Positions 8,917 through 19,762 of a stretch of 64,000 bases of DNA are shown piece by piece. This stretch comes from a virus. Below the pieces are notes generated by a model. The model searched no databases. It had not been told where the DNA came from and was given only the letters and a program-made list of their open reading frames with translations. The first letter of the stretch is position 1, and the number at the start of each line of letters is the position of its first letter. Position numbers and translations under genes: made by a program. The DNA lies in IMG/VR virus record IMGVR_UViG_3300026521_000471, positions 122,518-186,517 of that record; one strand, written 5' to 3'.

Positions 8917-9717
8917 ATGAACGATAAAACTTTCGATGAAGAAATTGGTGAATTTTCAGGATTTAGTGAAGCAGATTATAATTTAACTGAACCTATGAAA
9001 TTAATAGCTAAAATGGAGATGAAAGCACTAAATGTTATTTGTGGTGAAAATAATGTTGGGAAAAGCCTAACAAATAAACTTCTCTGGGCTAGTACATTTT
9101 TTATGAATTTAAAAATTACTCAAAGTTTTAATTCATTACCTAAAGAACAAATGTCTGATGAAGAAATATTAGAATTAATATTAAATAATACATTTGATGA
9201 TCAAAGTTTTGAAGGTACTATCAATTATTCATCAAGAGATGAAATAGTAAAGGTGGCTTTTTATAAATTAGAATATAGATTAGAAAATGGAAAAGTATGC
9301 GATCTTGTTATTGATTTTCCTAATAAAGCTAAGCCTATGGGTCCTATTATTTACCTTTCAAAAGAAGCAAGAGATTTTTCTAATATTGAAAAATATTTAA
9401 AGATTAAAAAATTATTAAATATACACGAAATAGAATCTTGGGACAGTATTACTGCTTTATCTGACTTTTTCAAAATCTATGATATTTTAGCTATAGAATC
9501 ACTTTTACAAAAGTTTGATAATGCTAGTGAATTTATCACTCTTATAAATCAAATGCCAGGTGGTAATGAATTACTAGATGATGATTTAGTCGATATAAAA
9601 TTAGATCATGAAAATTCTGAATTATATTATATTGATAAAAATAAGAATCAGAAACGTTTAAGTACATTAGGTGCTGGAACACAATCTATAATATTAATGC
9701 TTCTTTCCGCAGTATAA
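8917..9717 (+). CDS. hypothetical P-loop protein (AAA/ABC-like ATPase N-domain)
   Basis: Walker A-like GENNVGKS near the N-terminus. Confidence 0.4.
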   Translation: MNDKTFDEEIGEFSGFSEADYNLTEPMKLIAKMEMKALNVICGENNVGKSLTNKLLWASTFFMNLKITQSFNSLPKEQMSDEEILELILNNTFDDQSFEGTINYSSRDEIVKVAFYKLEYRLENGKVCDLVIDFPNKAKPMGPIIYLSKEARDFSNIEKYLKIKKLLNIHEIESWDSITALSDFFKIYDILAIESLLQKFDNASEFITLINQMPGGNELLDDDLVDIKLDHENSELYYIDKNKNQKRLSTLGAGTQSIILMLLSAV

Positions 9718-9735
9718 AAATTTATTTAGCCTTTT

Positions 9736-9743
9736 TGTATAAT
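9736..9743 (+). promoter_or_regulatory. extended -10 promoter TGTATAAT embedded in the inverted repeat AGCCTTTTT...AAAAAGGCT
   Basis: Read from the sequence; upstream of ATG 9764. Confidence 0.5.
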
Positions 9744-9763
9744 AATTATAAAAAGGCTTTATT

Positions 9764-10117
9764 ATGTTTTATATTTTATACTCTAACAAAACAATAAATA
9801 AATCTCCTGAAATATCCTATGCTAATGGCACTACTCTACCCTTTAAGGAAGGATATTTTTTATTTGATGACAGCGATAAATCTATAAATTTTTGGATTAA
9901 TGAATCATCTAATTATATCGAATTTGAAGGTAACAGATTTAAAATTGATAAAAAATTAAAATTCAAAAATAAAAATCATGCTACAATAATCCTTAATTCT
10001 TTAAAATTAGCCGAATTGAAAAAAAATGGTGGTGACTTCTTCTTCCCGAATACGTTTAAAAATATCAAAAATACCTTTGAACAACTTATAAGTACCTACC
10101 CCGAATATTCCATTTAA
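9764..10117 (+). CDS. hypothetical protein
   Basis: ORF track; TGTATAAT promoter and AAAAGG ribosome-binding site upstream. Confidence 0.4.
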   Translation: MFYILYSNKTINKSPEISYANGTTLPFKEGYFLFDDSDKSINFWINESSNYIEFEGNRFKIDKKLKFKNKNHATIILNSLKLAELKKNGGDFFFPNTFKNIKNTFEQLISTYPEYSI

Positions 10118-10157
10118 AAAATTGTAAAATAAGTATAATATATCACAAGGAGTAAAA

Positions 10158-11531
10158 GTGAGTGAAATTTTTAATGTACCAGAAATAATAGAAAATATAA
10201 GTGGTGAAAAAGTAAGTTCTTATCTTGAAGCAGAGCATAGAAGTTTTGCAATTTATACATTGCAGCAAAGAGCAATACCTTTCTTTAATGGGATGAAGCC
10301 CGTTCAACAAAGATGTCTTTGGCAATTAAGAGGAACTAGTAAATATGAAAAAGTCGCAAAACTAACCGGACAAGTTATGAGTATTCACCCACACGGCGAT
10401 GCTTCAATTGCAGATTCAATAAACCAAATGGCCGGACCATATTGTAACAATATTTCATTTTTTGATGGTCATGGTGCTTTTGGAACAAGAATTAATCCAA
10501 CAGCATTTGGTAGTCCAAGATATGTATCAGCAAAATTTAGTTCATTTGCAAAAGAAGTGATCTTTAAAGATTGGGAAATTGTAGAATTACAACCAACATA
10601 CGATGAAACTGATATGGAACCAACATTACTTTTGCCATTAATCCCACTTTTATTATTAAATGGTATTCAAGGTATTGCTACAGGTTATTCTACAACAATT
10701 TTACCTAGAGACCCTAAAGATGTAATTGATAGACAAATAAAAGTTTTAAAAGGACAAAAGATTGATAATCCTTTACCATACTCTAAACCTATTGATAACT
10801 GGGCTATCCGACATGAAGATAATCCTAACAAATATACATTCTTAGGTGAATGTGAGATCATTGATACGAGTAGTGCAAAAATCACTAAATTGCCATTTGG
10901 TATGACTCATGCTAAGGTTGTTGAATCATTGGCGAAAATGGTTGATAAAGGGCAAATTGTTGATTATACAGACAAGTCTAAGACTGATATTGATATTACA
11001 GTAAACTTTAAACGAGCAGCTCTCAAAAATAAAAGTGGGGAATTTGCTGCAAGAAAATTAAAACTTTCCGCAGGTATGACTGAAAGAATAATTGTCTTGG
11101 ATTCAGAAGAATCTAAAGCAGTCGTAGAATATGATGATGCTGCACAATTTATTAAGGATTATACAGAATGGAGATTAAGTTTTTTTCCAAGACGATATGA
11201 ACGATTTATACAATTAAATCTAGCAGAAATCAGTAGATTAAATGATATAGTTTTGGCAATCGATAATAATTTAGGTGGTCAAGCTAAAAATATTAAAAAT
11301 AAAGCAGATTTAATTACATTTATTGAGGGTATTGGAGTTATCGATATAGAATATATCGCATCTTTACCAGTTTATAGATTTACAGAAGAAGAATATGATA
11401 AAGCTAAAGCAAAAATTGCCGAATTAGAAAAACAAAATATGGAATATAATAACATTATTGATGATGTAGATCTCCAAAAAAATATTTTTATAAATGAACT
11501 AAAAGAAGTCAAAAAGAAATTTGCCAAATAA
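10158..11531 (+). CDS. type II DNA topoisomerase, medium subunit (T4 gp52-like, GyrA N-terminal-like)
   Basis: GTG start with AAGGAG ribosome-binding site. AIPFFNGMKPVQQR and HPHGDASIADSINQMA resemble the GyrA/ParC region around the catalytic Tyr (YHPHGD). Size (457 aa) matches gp52. Confidence 0.75.
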   Translation: MSEIFNVPEIIENISGEKVSSYLEAEHRSFAIYTLQQRAIPFFNGMKPVQQRCLWQLRGTSKYEKVAKLTGQVMSIHPHGDASIADSINQMAGPYCNNISFFDGHGAFGTRINPTAFGSPRYVSAKFSSFAKEVIFKDWEIVELQPTYDETDMEPTLLLPLIPLLLLNGIQGIATGYSTTILPRDPKDVIDRQIKVLKGQKIDNPLPYSKPIDNWAIRHEDNPNKYTFLGECEIIDTSSAKITKLPFGMTHAKVVESLAKMVDKGQIVDYTDKSKTDIDITVNFKRAALKNKSGEFAARKLKLSAGMTERIIVLDSEESKAVVEYDDAAQFIKDYTEWRLSFFPRRYERFIQLNLAEISRLNDIVLAIDNNLGGQAKNIKNKADLITFIEGIGVIDIEYIASLPVYRFTEEEYDKAKAKIAELEKQNMEYNNIIDDVDLQKNIFINELKEVKKKFAK

Positions 11532-11579
11532 TATTTATTAGTAGTAATAAATAAAGTAAAAATATCAGCAGGTTTATAA

Positions 11580-12767
11580 ATGGCAATTACACAGATAGCA
11601 GACTCAAATAATAATATAGGTACATTATATGAAGAGGTATTAAAACCTCTTTATGGTGATGATGCAGATAGAATTTTATCTAATACAATATTAATCAGAA
11701 GTTTTTTTTTAAATATTATTAAAAAATTTGTTGATTCTGAAAATATGATTAATATTCGAGAATTTTCAACGGATCCTATTATGTATTACTTAACAAGTGG
11801 CGAGTACAACTATGATATTATTAAAGATTATATTACCGACTCAATAGTAATTCCCAATACTACTGATCTAAGTATGTTAAATAATCAAATTAATAATTTG
11901 GAATATAAATTACCATTAGTAGTCGAAGCTCTATCATACAATAATGTTACTGAAGAATTATGGGATCAATATTTGGATGATATTTTTTTATACTACGCTG
12001 ATGATGCAAATAATCCAGTTCATAAAATTATAATTGAAGATGTCATATCGGTATTCAAGTTATGGAATGATACATCAAATACAAACCAAAAAGAAATGCT
12101 AAAAGCATACAATGCAAATAATAATATTTCGTATGATACTAATACTTTTTGGTTTGAACCATTTAATTCCATATCTAGTAAATATTGGGAAAAGTTTTCA
12201 TTCGCTTTAACTATTAATGATTATGATATTTATGATTCTAATAATGATACGTATCTAGATATTATAGCGAATGAGTATTTCACCAATGGATATTTTGATG
12301 AAATAATAATAAAAATAAACTACTACTATTGGTTTGATAATTTTCAAAAAATTACTGATTGGGTTGAAAAAAATCTAAAATCTGCTCTGGTTTCATATAG
12401 ATTCAATACAATATTTTCAATTTCTAATAGATATGCAACTACTGAAGAAGCCGAAAAATATAATGACATCGTACGTCTAAATACTGAAGATGAGGAATTA
12501 ACTATGTATAAAGAACGATTACCAATACTCCTTGATACTATTCTTAAAAACCCTCAAACATATGGCTTTGAACTTATTGGTGGATATTTTGGTAAAGAAG
12601 GATATAGTAATAATGCTGTTGATCAATCAATTTATGATAATGAGTTCAAAGATTATCTATGTGATATAGCTAATAGCTCACCATTTAGCAGTTTAAATGA
12701 TATGTATGTTAGAGTATTTAATGATCCAAATAAAAAAATTTTTATTTGTATTGATAATACCCCTTAA
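11580..12767 (+). CDS. hypothetical protein
   Basis: ORF track. Confidence 0.45.
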   Translation: MAITQIADSNNNIGTLYEEVLKPLYGDDADRILSNTILIRSFFLNIIKKFVDSENMINIREFSTDPIMYYLTSGEYNYDIIKDYITDSIVIPNTTDLSMLNNQINNLEYKLPLVVEALSYNNVTEELWDQYLDDIFLYYADDANNPVHKIIIEDVISVFKLWNDTSNTNQKEMLKAYNANNNISYDTNTFWFEPFNSISSKYWEKFSFALTINDYDIYDSNNDTYLDIIANEYFTNGYFDEIIIKINYYYWFDNFQKITDWVEKNLKSALVSYRFNTIFSISNRYATTEEAEKYNDIVRLNTEDEELTMYKERLPILLDTILKNPQTYGFELIGGYFGKEGYSNNAVDQSIYDNEFKDYLCDIANSSPFSSLNDMYVRVFNDPNKKIFICIDNTP

Positions 12768-12776
12768 AGGTAAATT

Positions 12777-13214
12777 ATGAGAATAAAAAAATATTACAAT
12801 AATGTAATTGTGATTTTTGAGACTATTAATGACAATATAATAATTAAACATGAATCAGTTATTTTTGATATAGTATCTACTTTTGAGGAAACAGCTTTAT
12901 TAAATAAGAATATTGAATTTGATAAGTTAATTAAATTACAACAAAAAAACCCTAGACATATTTTAATACCTTATAATACAAAACCACTAGACAATATACG
13001 TATTATGTTAAAAATGTTAAATAATTTTCTAAGAGTTACTAATCAATCTTATGATTTTATAATCGAAAGTATCATTGTACAAAATGATATTGAAATATTA
13101 GCTTATGGTCATGAAATATATCTTAATTCTATAAAAGATATTACATTTTCACCATTAGCTCGATCGAAATGGTCAAATCCTCAATTAATAGCTAAAATAT
13201 GTAATGTAGATTAA
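12777..13214 (+). CDS. hypothetical protein
   Basis: ORF track. Confidence 0.4.
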   Translation: MRIKKYYNNVIVIFETINDNIIIKHESVIFDIVSTFEETALLNKNIEFDKLIKLQQKNPRHILIPYNTKPLDNIRIMLKMLNNFLRVTNQSYDFIIESIIVQNDIEILAYGHEIYLNSIKDITFSPLARSKWSNPQLIAKICNVD

Positions 13215-13271
13215 TATTTATTTAAAATTAAGTTTTATTTTAATATAATTATCGAAAATAAAAGGATAATT

Positions 13272-13925
13272 ATGGTTAATAAGCTCACAATAGAAAATGC
13301 TTGGAAGCAAGATCCATTTAAATCATACTATGTTATACAAAATCCAAAAATCGATAAAAAGAAGCAAAAAATATCTGGACTAAGTATTAAATACGTTGAA
13401 TATCGTGTTAAAGATTGGGATGATAAATTTGTACGTTTTGAAAAAGTAAATAAACTTAAAAATAAACGATTCGCAGATATTATATCATTCGATAAACGCT
13501 ATCCTGATGCTGAAAATGAAGTATATGCTGAAAAAGTTTCAAAAGCAAAAACTAAACCGGATACTTATGTTTCGTATGGTATTTTTATCGACCCACAAAT
13601 GGCTACGTATCACAAATTAATTAGATTACATAGACTGGCAGAAGATATGGCTGGCATATATAAAGCCTTAAAAAATAATGAAATTAATAGTGTAGATAAT
13701 GAAACTAATAACTCTTTAAAATCTAAAAAGAAAAAAACAGATACAAGTGATAAAGGTGAAGTTATATCTAAAGAAGCGGAAGATGATATTAAGTCGGGAG
13801 TTAGTAATAAAGTGACGTTTAGCATAGATGAGGTTAAAAAATATTTTGAAGAAATCCAAAATACTGATTACTTTACTAAATTAGAGGATATTCAAATTGA
13901 AAATCCAGATTTAGCTACAAAATAA
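13272..13925 (+). CDS. hypothetical protein
   Basis: ORF track. Confidence 0.4.
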   Translation: MVNKLTIENAWKQDPFKSYYVIQNPKIDKKKQKISGLSIKYVEYRVKDWDDKFVRFEKVNKLKNKRFADIISFDKRYPDAENEVYAEKVSKAKTKPDTYVSYGIFIDPQMATYHKLIRLHRLAEDMAGIYKALKNNEINSVDNETNNSLKSKKKKTDTSDKGEVISKEAEDDIKSGVSNKVTFSIDEVKKYFEEIQNTDYFTKLEDIQIENPDLATK

Positions 13926-13935
13926 GGAGATAAAA

Positions 13936-14382
13936 ATGGCTAAGGTAACATCTTGTGGTATTGTACCAATAAGAAATAATAATGGGCATATCGAAATTCT
14001 TTTAGGACAACCAATTAATGGCGGTTTCTATGGTATGGGATTTTTAAAAGGTCAAGTAGAAAATAATGAAACTGATTTAACCGCTGCATTACGTGAATTT
14101 GCGGAAGAAAGTGGCGATCTGGATATTGAATTGATAGATAAAGAGTTGTTTTTTACACAAAATAATCCAAAAAAATTAATTCATATTTGGCCTGCAACAG
14201 TTCTTGATACGGCGCACAACAAGTCAAAAATTAGAAATGATGGGGTCGTTGAAGATCATGATGAAGAAAATGATTATATTCAATTCTTCGATATAAATGA
14301 TTTACCTATGGTTTTTAGAAATCAACAAGATATTCTCGATGAATTATTACTATTCATCGAAAAGAACAAAAATAAATTTTAA
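13936..14382 (+). CDS. Nudix hydrolase
   Basis: Nudix box GFLKGQVENNETDLTAALREFAEESG (G x5 E x7 REf.EEsG). Confidence 0.6.
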   Translation: MAKVTSCGIVPIRNNNGHIEILLGQPINGGFYGMGFLKGQVENNETDLTAALREFAEESGDLDIELIDKELFFTQNNPKKLIHIWPATVLDTAHNKSKIRNDGVVEDHDEENDYIQFFDINDLPMVFRNQQDILDELLLFIEKNKNKF

Positions 14383-14444
14383 TCTTAAATTAAGATAGTT
14401 TAGATTATAATACATTATTCAAAAACAATATAAGGAATTAAAAA

Positions 14445-15659
14445 ATGAGTCAATTAAATGCGAGTAAGTTTGAAAATAGTTCTCAATTAGAGAATCTGTA
14501 TAAAGTAGCGTGTGATACAAGTGTATCTGTTATTGTTGAAGGTGATCATGGAATTGGTAAATCTGAAAGTGTTTATGCGTTTGCTAAGAAAAATAATTTT
14601 CATGTGGAACCCTTATTTCTATCACACCAAGAAGTTGCCGATTTAATTGGTATTCCAACACTTGAGAGAGATGAAAATGGACAGCCACTTACAACATGGT
14701 CAAAACCTATTTGGCTTCATAGAATGGAAGAAGCAGCTGCAAGAGGACAAAGAACCATTCTATTCTTAGATGAATTAAATAGAGCACAGACTGAAGTAAG
14801 ACAGGCTGCTCTACAACTTGTACTTGATAAAATGATTCATGAGCATAAACTACCAGATACTGTTGTAAATGGAGTAGCTTTCCAAGCATTTGTTGTTGCG
14901 GCAGTTAATCCTGCAGATGGTTTCTATCAAGTTGATGAACTTGATCCAGCACTAATGGATAGATTTTTACATTTTAAACTTACAGTAAACGCTGATAGTT
15001 GGTTAGATTGGGCTTCTGAAAACGGAGTACATAAAACTATTATCAGTTATATCGCTAATAGTAAAGATAAGTTATATGTGCGTGATGAAAATGCTGCAAT
15101 CTTTCCAACACCAAGAAGTTGGACAAAGTTAAGTGAGCTTCTTCTTTCGTATGAAGATAAAAATATTGACAATCAAGCATTGATGCATAATCTTATTACT
15201 GGTAAAATTGGATATACTGTCGGTGCACAATTTATGACATATTACAAAGAAAATTCTGTAATTGTTTCAGTTGAAGATATTGAAAAAATTACTAAAAAAG
15301 CATGGCCTTCTGCTGTTAAAAAATATGGTGATGCTACGGTTGAAGCATGTGATATGGTAGCTAAGAAAATATCAAAAGAGATTGATGAATTGGAAATTCC
15401 ACTTCTAAAAGAGTTAAGTGCAAACTTAGTAGAAAAGTATCTTAATGATGAAGGTAAAGTTAAGTTTGAAGATGCAAGACCGTTAATTTGTTATCTACAT
15501 GCACTACCAATTGAACAGCTAGCAGCAGTTATTAAAGAAATCCAAGTTGAGGATGAAGAAAATAATTCTAAAAGATATGATAACCTTGCAGAAATTACAC
15601 CTCAAAAAGAAATTTTTAGAAGAATTGTGAAAAGAGTTAAAAAACTTTCAATCGACTAA
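14445..15659 (+). CDS. AAA+ ATPase, MoxR/CbbQ-like (AAA_5)
   Basis: Walker A GDHGIGKS, Walker B ILFLDELNRA, sensor region AAVNPADG; typical MoxR layout. Confidence 0.7.
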   Translation: MSQLNASKFENSSQLENLYKVACDTSVSVIVEGDHGIGKSESVYAFAKKNNFHVEPLFLSHQEVADLIGIPTLERDENGQPLTTWSKPIWLHRMEEAAARGQRTILFLDELNRAQTEVRQAALQLVLDKMIHEHKLPDTVVNGVAFQAFVVAAVNPADGFYQVDELDPALMDRFLHFKLTVNADSWLDWASENGVHKTIISYIANSKDKLYVRDENAAIFPTPRSWTKLSELLLSYEDKNIDNQALMHNLITGKIGYTVGAQFMTYYKENSVIVSVEDIEKITKKAWPSAVKKYGDATVEACDMVAKKISKEIDELEIPLLKELSANLVEKYLNDEGKVKFEDARPLICYLHALPIEQLAAVIKEIQVEDEENNSKRYDNLAEITPQKEIFRRIVKRVKKLSID

Positions 15660-15672
15660 GATTTTTTTAATA

Positions 15673-15690
15673 GTGGGGATTTCCCCCCAC
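15673..15690. terminator. GC-rich hairpin GTGGGGA-ttt-CCCCCAC (possible terminator) after the MoxR-like gene
   Basis: The only GC-rich stem in an otherwise AT-rich intergenic region. Confidence 0.35.
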
Positions 15691-15723
15691 ATAAATAAGT
15701 ATAAACCAATAGGAGATAGTATT

Positions 15724-15909
15724 ATGTCTTTAGAAAATATAAGATTCCAAAAAATTTCACTTAATAAGTTTTCTGATAATGAGAAAGCTGATTTAGTTAA
15801 AGAACTTAAAAAACGTAATATTTCTCATCGTTTAACTTCAACATCAATTTTATTTGATGAAAGATATTTAAAACAAGTTAAGGATTTGGTTCCACCTTCT
15901 TTAAGATAA
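15724..15909 (+). CDS. small hypothetical protein (61 aa)
   Basis: The ORF-track start at 15673 is a GTG inside a GC hairpin. ATG 15724 is preceded by AGGAGA. Confidence 0.35.
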   Translation: MSLENIRFQKISLNKFSDNEKADLVKELKKRNISHRLTSTSILFDERYLKQVKDLVPPSLR

Positions 15910-16018
15910 ATCTTTTAAATTACTTTTAATTATTAATTTTGTATAATAATTAAATTACTACTAAAAAAGTACCATATAACTTTATATATGGAAAAAATAC
16001 AAATGGATAGAATCAATT

Positions 16019-16804
16019 ATGAATATTACTCAACCCGAACCTAATTTAAATACACCTCCAAAGAAAAGAAGAGGACGTTTAAAAAAAGGGGAAAAAGTTA
16101 CTGCTAGTGGTTATAAAACTATGACTATGGAAGAAGCTTATAAATCTGTTGAAGGTATGAAATATAAAATAGCAAATAAATATAAAGTTTTTTGTAACGC
16201 AAGTGTTTCATATGAAGATTTAATTGGAGCAGCAAATATAGGGCTTGCATGGGCATATAGAGATTGGGATGCAAATACTGCTAAATTTACTACTTTCTCA
16301 CACAATAGAATTGAAAGACAAATTGACCTATACTTATGTGAAATGCTACCAAAATATAAAAACAATGTAGATGCTAAAAATTGGCTAAGAAGAAAAAATG
16401 ATGAAAGCTTTAAACAACTTCAAGAAAGAAAAGTAACTAAAGACCCAGAATTTAATGAATTGCATGGTTTAGATGGTAAAAAAGAATTCACCAAAGAATT
16501 ATATAATTTATATACTCAAAAAATGGCTAATAAACTATATAACAATGGACAACATCTAATTGTTACTTCGGCAAGTGGTTTTCAAAATGGCGATAATGAA
16601 GATTTCAATATTTTTGATGCTCTTAATGATGATAATGACAATGTTGATATAGAAGAGGAATTTGATATTAATGAATTAGAAGATGTAACGCAAAAAGAAA
16701 TAGCTTCTATGATTCTTGAAGGGTATTCTATTCAAGAAATTGCTAAAAAATTTGGCGTTTCAAAAGCTAAATTAATAAATTTAGCGGGTGTAAAGGAATT
16801 TTAA
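16019..16804 (+). CDS. sigma-70 family RNA polymerase sigma factor (regions 2 and 4)
   Basis: DLIGAANIGLAWAYRDWD...FTTFSHNRIERQI resembles regions 2.2-2.4. C-terminal SIQEIAKKFGVSKAKLINL resembles the region 4.2 helix-turn-helix. Confidence 0.6.
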   Translation: MNITQPEPNLNTPPKKRRGRLKKGEKVTASGYKTMTMEEAYKSVEGMKYKIANKYKVFCNASVSYEDLIGAANIGLAWAYRDWDANTAKFTTFSHNRIERQIDLYLCEMLPKYKNNVDAKNWLRRKNDESFKQLQERKVTKDPEFNELHGLDGKKEFTKELYNLYTQKMANKLYNNGQHLIVTSASGFQNGDNEDFNIFDALNDDNDNVDIEEEFDINELEDVTQKEIASMILEGYSIQEIAKKFGVSKAKLINLAGVKEF

Positions 16805-17049
16805 TGTTACCTTCTATAAATGAAAATCAAGCTGATTATGTATTAAGTTTAGTTAAAAATGGTTTGAACGATCTTATTTCACATACAGAATTAGATGAAA
16901 GTAAAGATTCAATAAAATTTACTCTACAACCAGATTTAATAGAAAAATTTTCTAATAAATTTCCAGATGCGAATTTAGTAGATTTGGATAATGTTGTTAC
17001 TTGGATACTTTATAAATCTATGATGTTTAAAAAGGAAGATGATGGATAA
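16804..17049 (+). CDS. hypothetical protein
   Basis: ORF track; start overlaps upstream stop. Confidence 0.35.
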   Translation: MLPSINENQADYVLSLVKNGLNDLISHTELDESKDSIKFTLQPDLIEKFSNKFPDANLVDLDNVVTWILYKSMMFKKEDDG

Positions 17050-17437
17050 TACTGTAACTATTAATGCTCCAGATTATACAATAGATGGAGATTTAAATAT
17101 TTTAAGTACTACTTTACATAGTGGATCTTGGCAATCGCCATTATTTGATAATGCTACAATCGTATCAGGTAACAGTAATCCACTAATTATTGGGGATAAA
17201 GATCCCAATGAACAAGAAATTTATATTGTGGAAAAATGGCAAACCAAAGCACCAATTATTATTGATGCCGACTTAATAATATCATTAAAAAAAGATATTT
17301 TAAGTGAAGATGAATTATATAAAAAAATAATGGATAAAATCAATAGTGATTATCCAGAAGTAGCTCTTAAAATTGGAGCTAATAAACTAAGAATTAGAAA
17401 ATTATCAATACCTATTGAAATAAAGGACAATCAATGA
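17039..17437 (+). CDS. hypothetical protein
   Basis: ORF track. Confidence 0.4.
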   Translation: MMDNTVTINAPDYTIDGDLNILSTTLHSGSWQSPLFDNATIVSGNSNPLIIGDKDPNEQEIYIVEKWQTKAPIIIDADLIISLKKDILSEDELYKKIMDKINSDYPEVALKIGANKLRIRKLSIPIEIKDNQ

Positions 17438-17802
17438 CACTTTTAGAAATTATGAATGAAAATAATATAGATCCAAATTGGATTTTTACACATGCTAGAT
17501 TACATGATAAAGAAGGATTATTTTTCTTTGAATCCATTATAAAAGAAAATGATGAAGGTGAGGATGAACATTATTTTGATACAAAATGTATGCTAATTGA
17601 TGGAGCTCGTCTTGATTATTCCGATGATATGGAAAAAAATTTAGAGCTCAATAGTAAAGATGGTATGATTATCTTATCTCGTATAGATGGAGCATCATTG
17701 ACACTTAAAAAAAGCGATTTTGAAAATTTACCCTTTAAAGTAACGGAATTTGGCTCAAAAATAAATCATTCAAAACCTAATGAATTTATTAAAATCGATT
17801 AA
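17434..17802 (+). CDS. hypothetical protein
   Basis: ORF track; ATGA overlap with upstream gene. Confidence 0.4.
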   Translation: MTLLEIMNENNIDPNWIFTHARLHDKEGLFFFESIIKENDEGEDEHYFDTKCMLIDGARLDYSDDMEKNLELNSKDGMIILSRIDGASLTLKKSDFENLPFKVTEFGSKINHSKPNEFIKID

Positions 17803-17811
17803 AGGACCATT

Positions 17812-18864
17812 ATGGGATGTTGGAATGAAACATGTGGACTCTCACAAAAATCTATTAGTTATGGTGAAGCAGTATATGCCGTAATCATTCTAAATGAAAA
17901 TGCAGTATATAAATCATGCTATGCTAATGGAATGGCTAGACCTTTTTCTTTTTTAATAGAAGGAACCTATGATGATTATGGCTCTATCGAAAATATTAAA
18001 GATACATTTGCAGCAAAATCTTTAGTTTTATTATTCAATGATCTAATAAATGAAAATAAACTTATTATATCGGATGAAGTTATGAATCAGAATTACTTTA
18101 ATAATGAAGAAATTGGCTATGATGGTAAATACTTTGCCCATCCAGAAGCAATTTTTAAATTTATTGAAAGAGGGTATCTAAGCCTAAGTACAAATTCTTT
18201 CGACGGTGGAAAAAATGAACAAACATTTTCTTTTACTCTTTTTGATTGTGATGCATATGATGCCATGAAAGAAGTAATTGAATATAGAGAAGTAAAATAT
18301 ATAGATCTTCAATATGATGTACAAGAATTTTTAAATACCCTATTAAACAAAAATAATATCAATTTAAATAAGGCTGAAATAAGAGAAAAATTAAAAGATG
18401 ACAATTTGAGTGATGAAGAAAAAGATATACTTATTGAACTTTTATTCCAGGACCGTAATTCATTATGGGGTGGTGAGAAATTAAAGTCTAAAGCATCTAA
18501 ATGGGGAAACATGTTGTCATATTTAAGAAGTTATGAAAGTGTTAATCGAGATGCATTTAATAAACTAGAAAAAATAGTAAGATCAACATATAATCAAAAT
18601 AACAATAACGACATCAATACAACTATATCAGATTTTATAATAACACTCTTGATATTTAATACTTTTAGAAAATCTTGGGCACCACAAGGTCATGCATCAC
18701 AGGATGATAATCTTATTGAAATAATTGATTTCACAGAACGGTTTTTAAGAAAATTATACAAGAAGAGAGATATTTTAAAAGAAGAAGGCTACTATGAAGA
18801 TGAAAATGAAGTTATAGGTAGTGTTTCAATATTAGATGAAAAGAAATTACTATGCAATTCGTAA
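17812..18864 (+). CDS. hypothetical protein
   Basis: ORF track. Confidence 0.45.
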   Translation: MGCWNETCGLSQKSISYGEAVYAVIILNENAVYKSCYANGMARPFSFLIEGTYDDYGSIENIKDTFAAKSLVLLFNDLINENKLIISDEVMNQNYFNNEEIGYDGKYFAHPEAIFKFIERGYLSLSTNSFDGGKNEQTFSFTLFDCDAYDAMKEVIEYREVKYIDLQYDVQEFLNTLLNKNNINLNKAEIREKLKDDNLSDEEKDILIELLFQDRNSLWGGEKLKSKASKWGNMLSYLRSYESVNRDAFNKLEKIVRSTYNQNNNNDINTTISDFIITLLIFNTFRKSWAPQGHASQDDNLIEIIDFTERFLRKLYKKRDILKEEGYYEDENEVIGSVSILDEKKLLCNS

Positions 18865-19349
18865 ATGTATTTGACTTGGATTGTACCCTAATAGATAGTT
18901 CACACAGAATAAATAAATTTGGAGATCCAAAAAAAGGTCTAGATTTAGACTATTGGATCGACCATTCAATATCAGAATTCATAAATAAAGATAAGCTCTT
19001 ACCTTTAGTAGAAGTTTTTCAAGAATTTAAGAAAACAAATTTTTCAAACATCGCTGTAACTGCAAGAGAAATGACTAACGCAGATTATGAATTTTTAAAA
19101 CAGCACGATTTACATTTTGATATGATATTACATAGAGAAGATAGCGTTGAATTAGATCACATACTTAAAAGTAGAAAATTAGATGAATTATTTGCATCCA
19201 CAAACTTAAAGCCTTTTTTAGCGTTTGATGATAAAGAAGAGAATTTAGAAATATTTAAAAAATTTGGTTTTACATGTATTAATGCTATCGAAATTAATAC
19301 TATTATGTTAGGCATATCATTAAAATGCAATGCAGAAAAAAATAATTGA
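18852..19349 (+). CDS. HAD-superfamily hydrolase-like protein
   Basis: N-terminal FDLDCTLIDS (the DxDxT motif I of HAD phosphatases). Confidence 0.5.
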   Translation: MQFVNVFDLDCTLIDSSHRINKFGDPKKGLDLDYWIDHSISEFINKDKLLPLVEVFQEFKKTNFSNIAVTAREMTNADYEFLKQHDLHFDMILHREDSVELDHILKSRKLDELFASTNLKPFLAFDDKEENLEIFKKFGFTCINAIEINTIMLGISLKCNAEKNN

Positions 19350-19386
19350 AATAGGATCTTCCCTATTTCAATTTTTTCCTTTTTAT
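19348..19386. terminator. rho-independent terminator-like hairpin with T-run
   Basis: GAAATAGG-atcttc-CCTATTTC stem followed by AATTTTTTCCTTTTT. Lies between convergent genes. Confidence 0.55.
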
Positions 19387-19408
19387 AGGCAAGGTAAAGG
19401 TGTCCACC

Positions 19409-19705
19409 TTATTCTTTTGAAAAAATTCGTTCTGCAAATTGAGTAACAGGTCCTCTAAGAACTTTTTGTAATTCTATACCAAATAGATTTACTTCTTCAT
19501 GTTCTTCTTTTGTAGCATTTAAAAGGGTGGTTAAACCATTAGTATATCTTGTAATATACTGATTATCAATCTGTCTATTTGAACCTAATACAATAACTTT
19601 ACAAGAAGAATCAATACGACTTAATACTAGTTGTAATGTAGAATTACTCATATTTTGAGCTTCATCAATAATTACAATAGCATCTGAAAGTGTTCGACCT
19701 CTCAT
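19409..19705 (-). pseudogene. phoH 3'-end fragment: ~88% aa-identical duplicate of the last ~96 codons of the PIN-PhoH gene at 20493..21920
   Basis: Translation (M)RGRTLSDAIVIIDEAQNMS...ELQKVLRGPVTQFAERIFSKE aligns with the C-terminus of the full gene. Similarity stops exactly at RGR. The fragment has no N-terminal ATPase part. Confidence 0.75.
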
Positions 19706-19727
19706 ACTACCAAAACTTTTTAATAAT

Positions 19728-19736
19728 TGTATAAAT
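19728..19736 (+). promoter_or_regulatory. extended -10-like TGTATAAAT upstream of the GIY-YIG homing-endonuclease gene; the leader closely resembles the one at 863
   Basis: ATTGTATAAATAATATAAAAGGATTAAGG compared with TTTGTATAATAATATAAAAGGATTATTA. Confidence 0.45.
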
Positions 19737-19762
19737 AATATAAAAGGATTAAGGACAAATTC

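Noticed and set aside
14445-15659. MoxR-like AAA+ ATPase as the dedicated partner of the vWA domain in Rsr (59620..61119)
   Set aside because: The genes are 44 kb apart and the Ro60 vWA is an intrinsic domain. No evidence for functional coupling.
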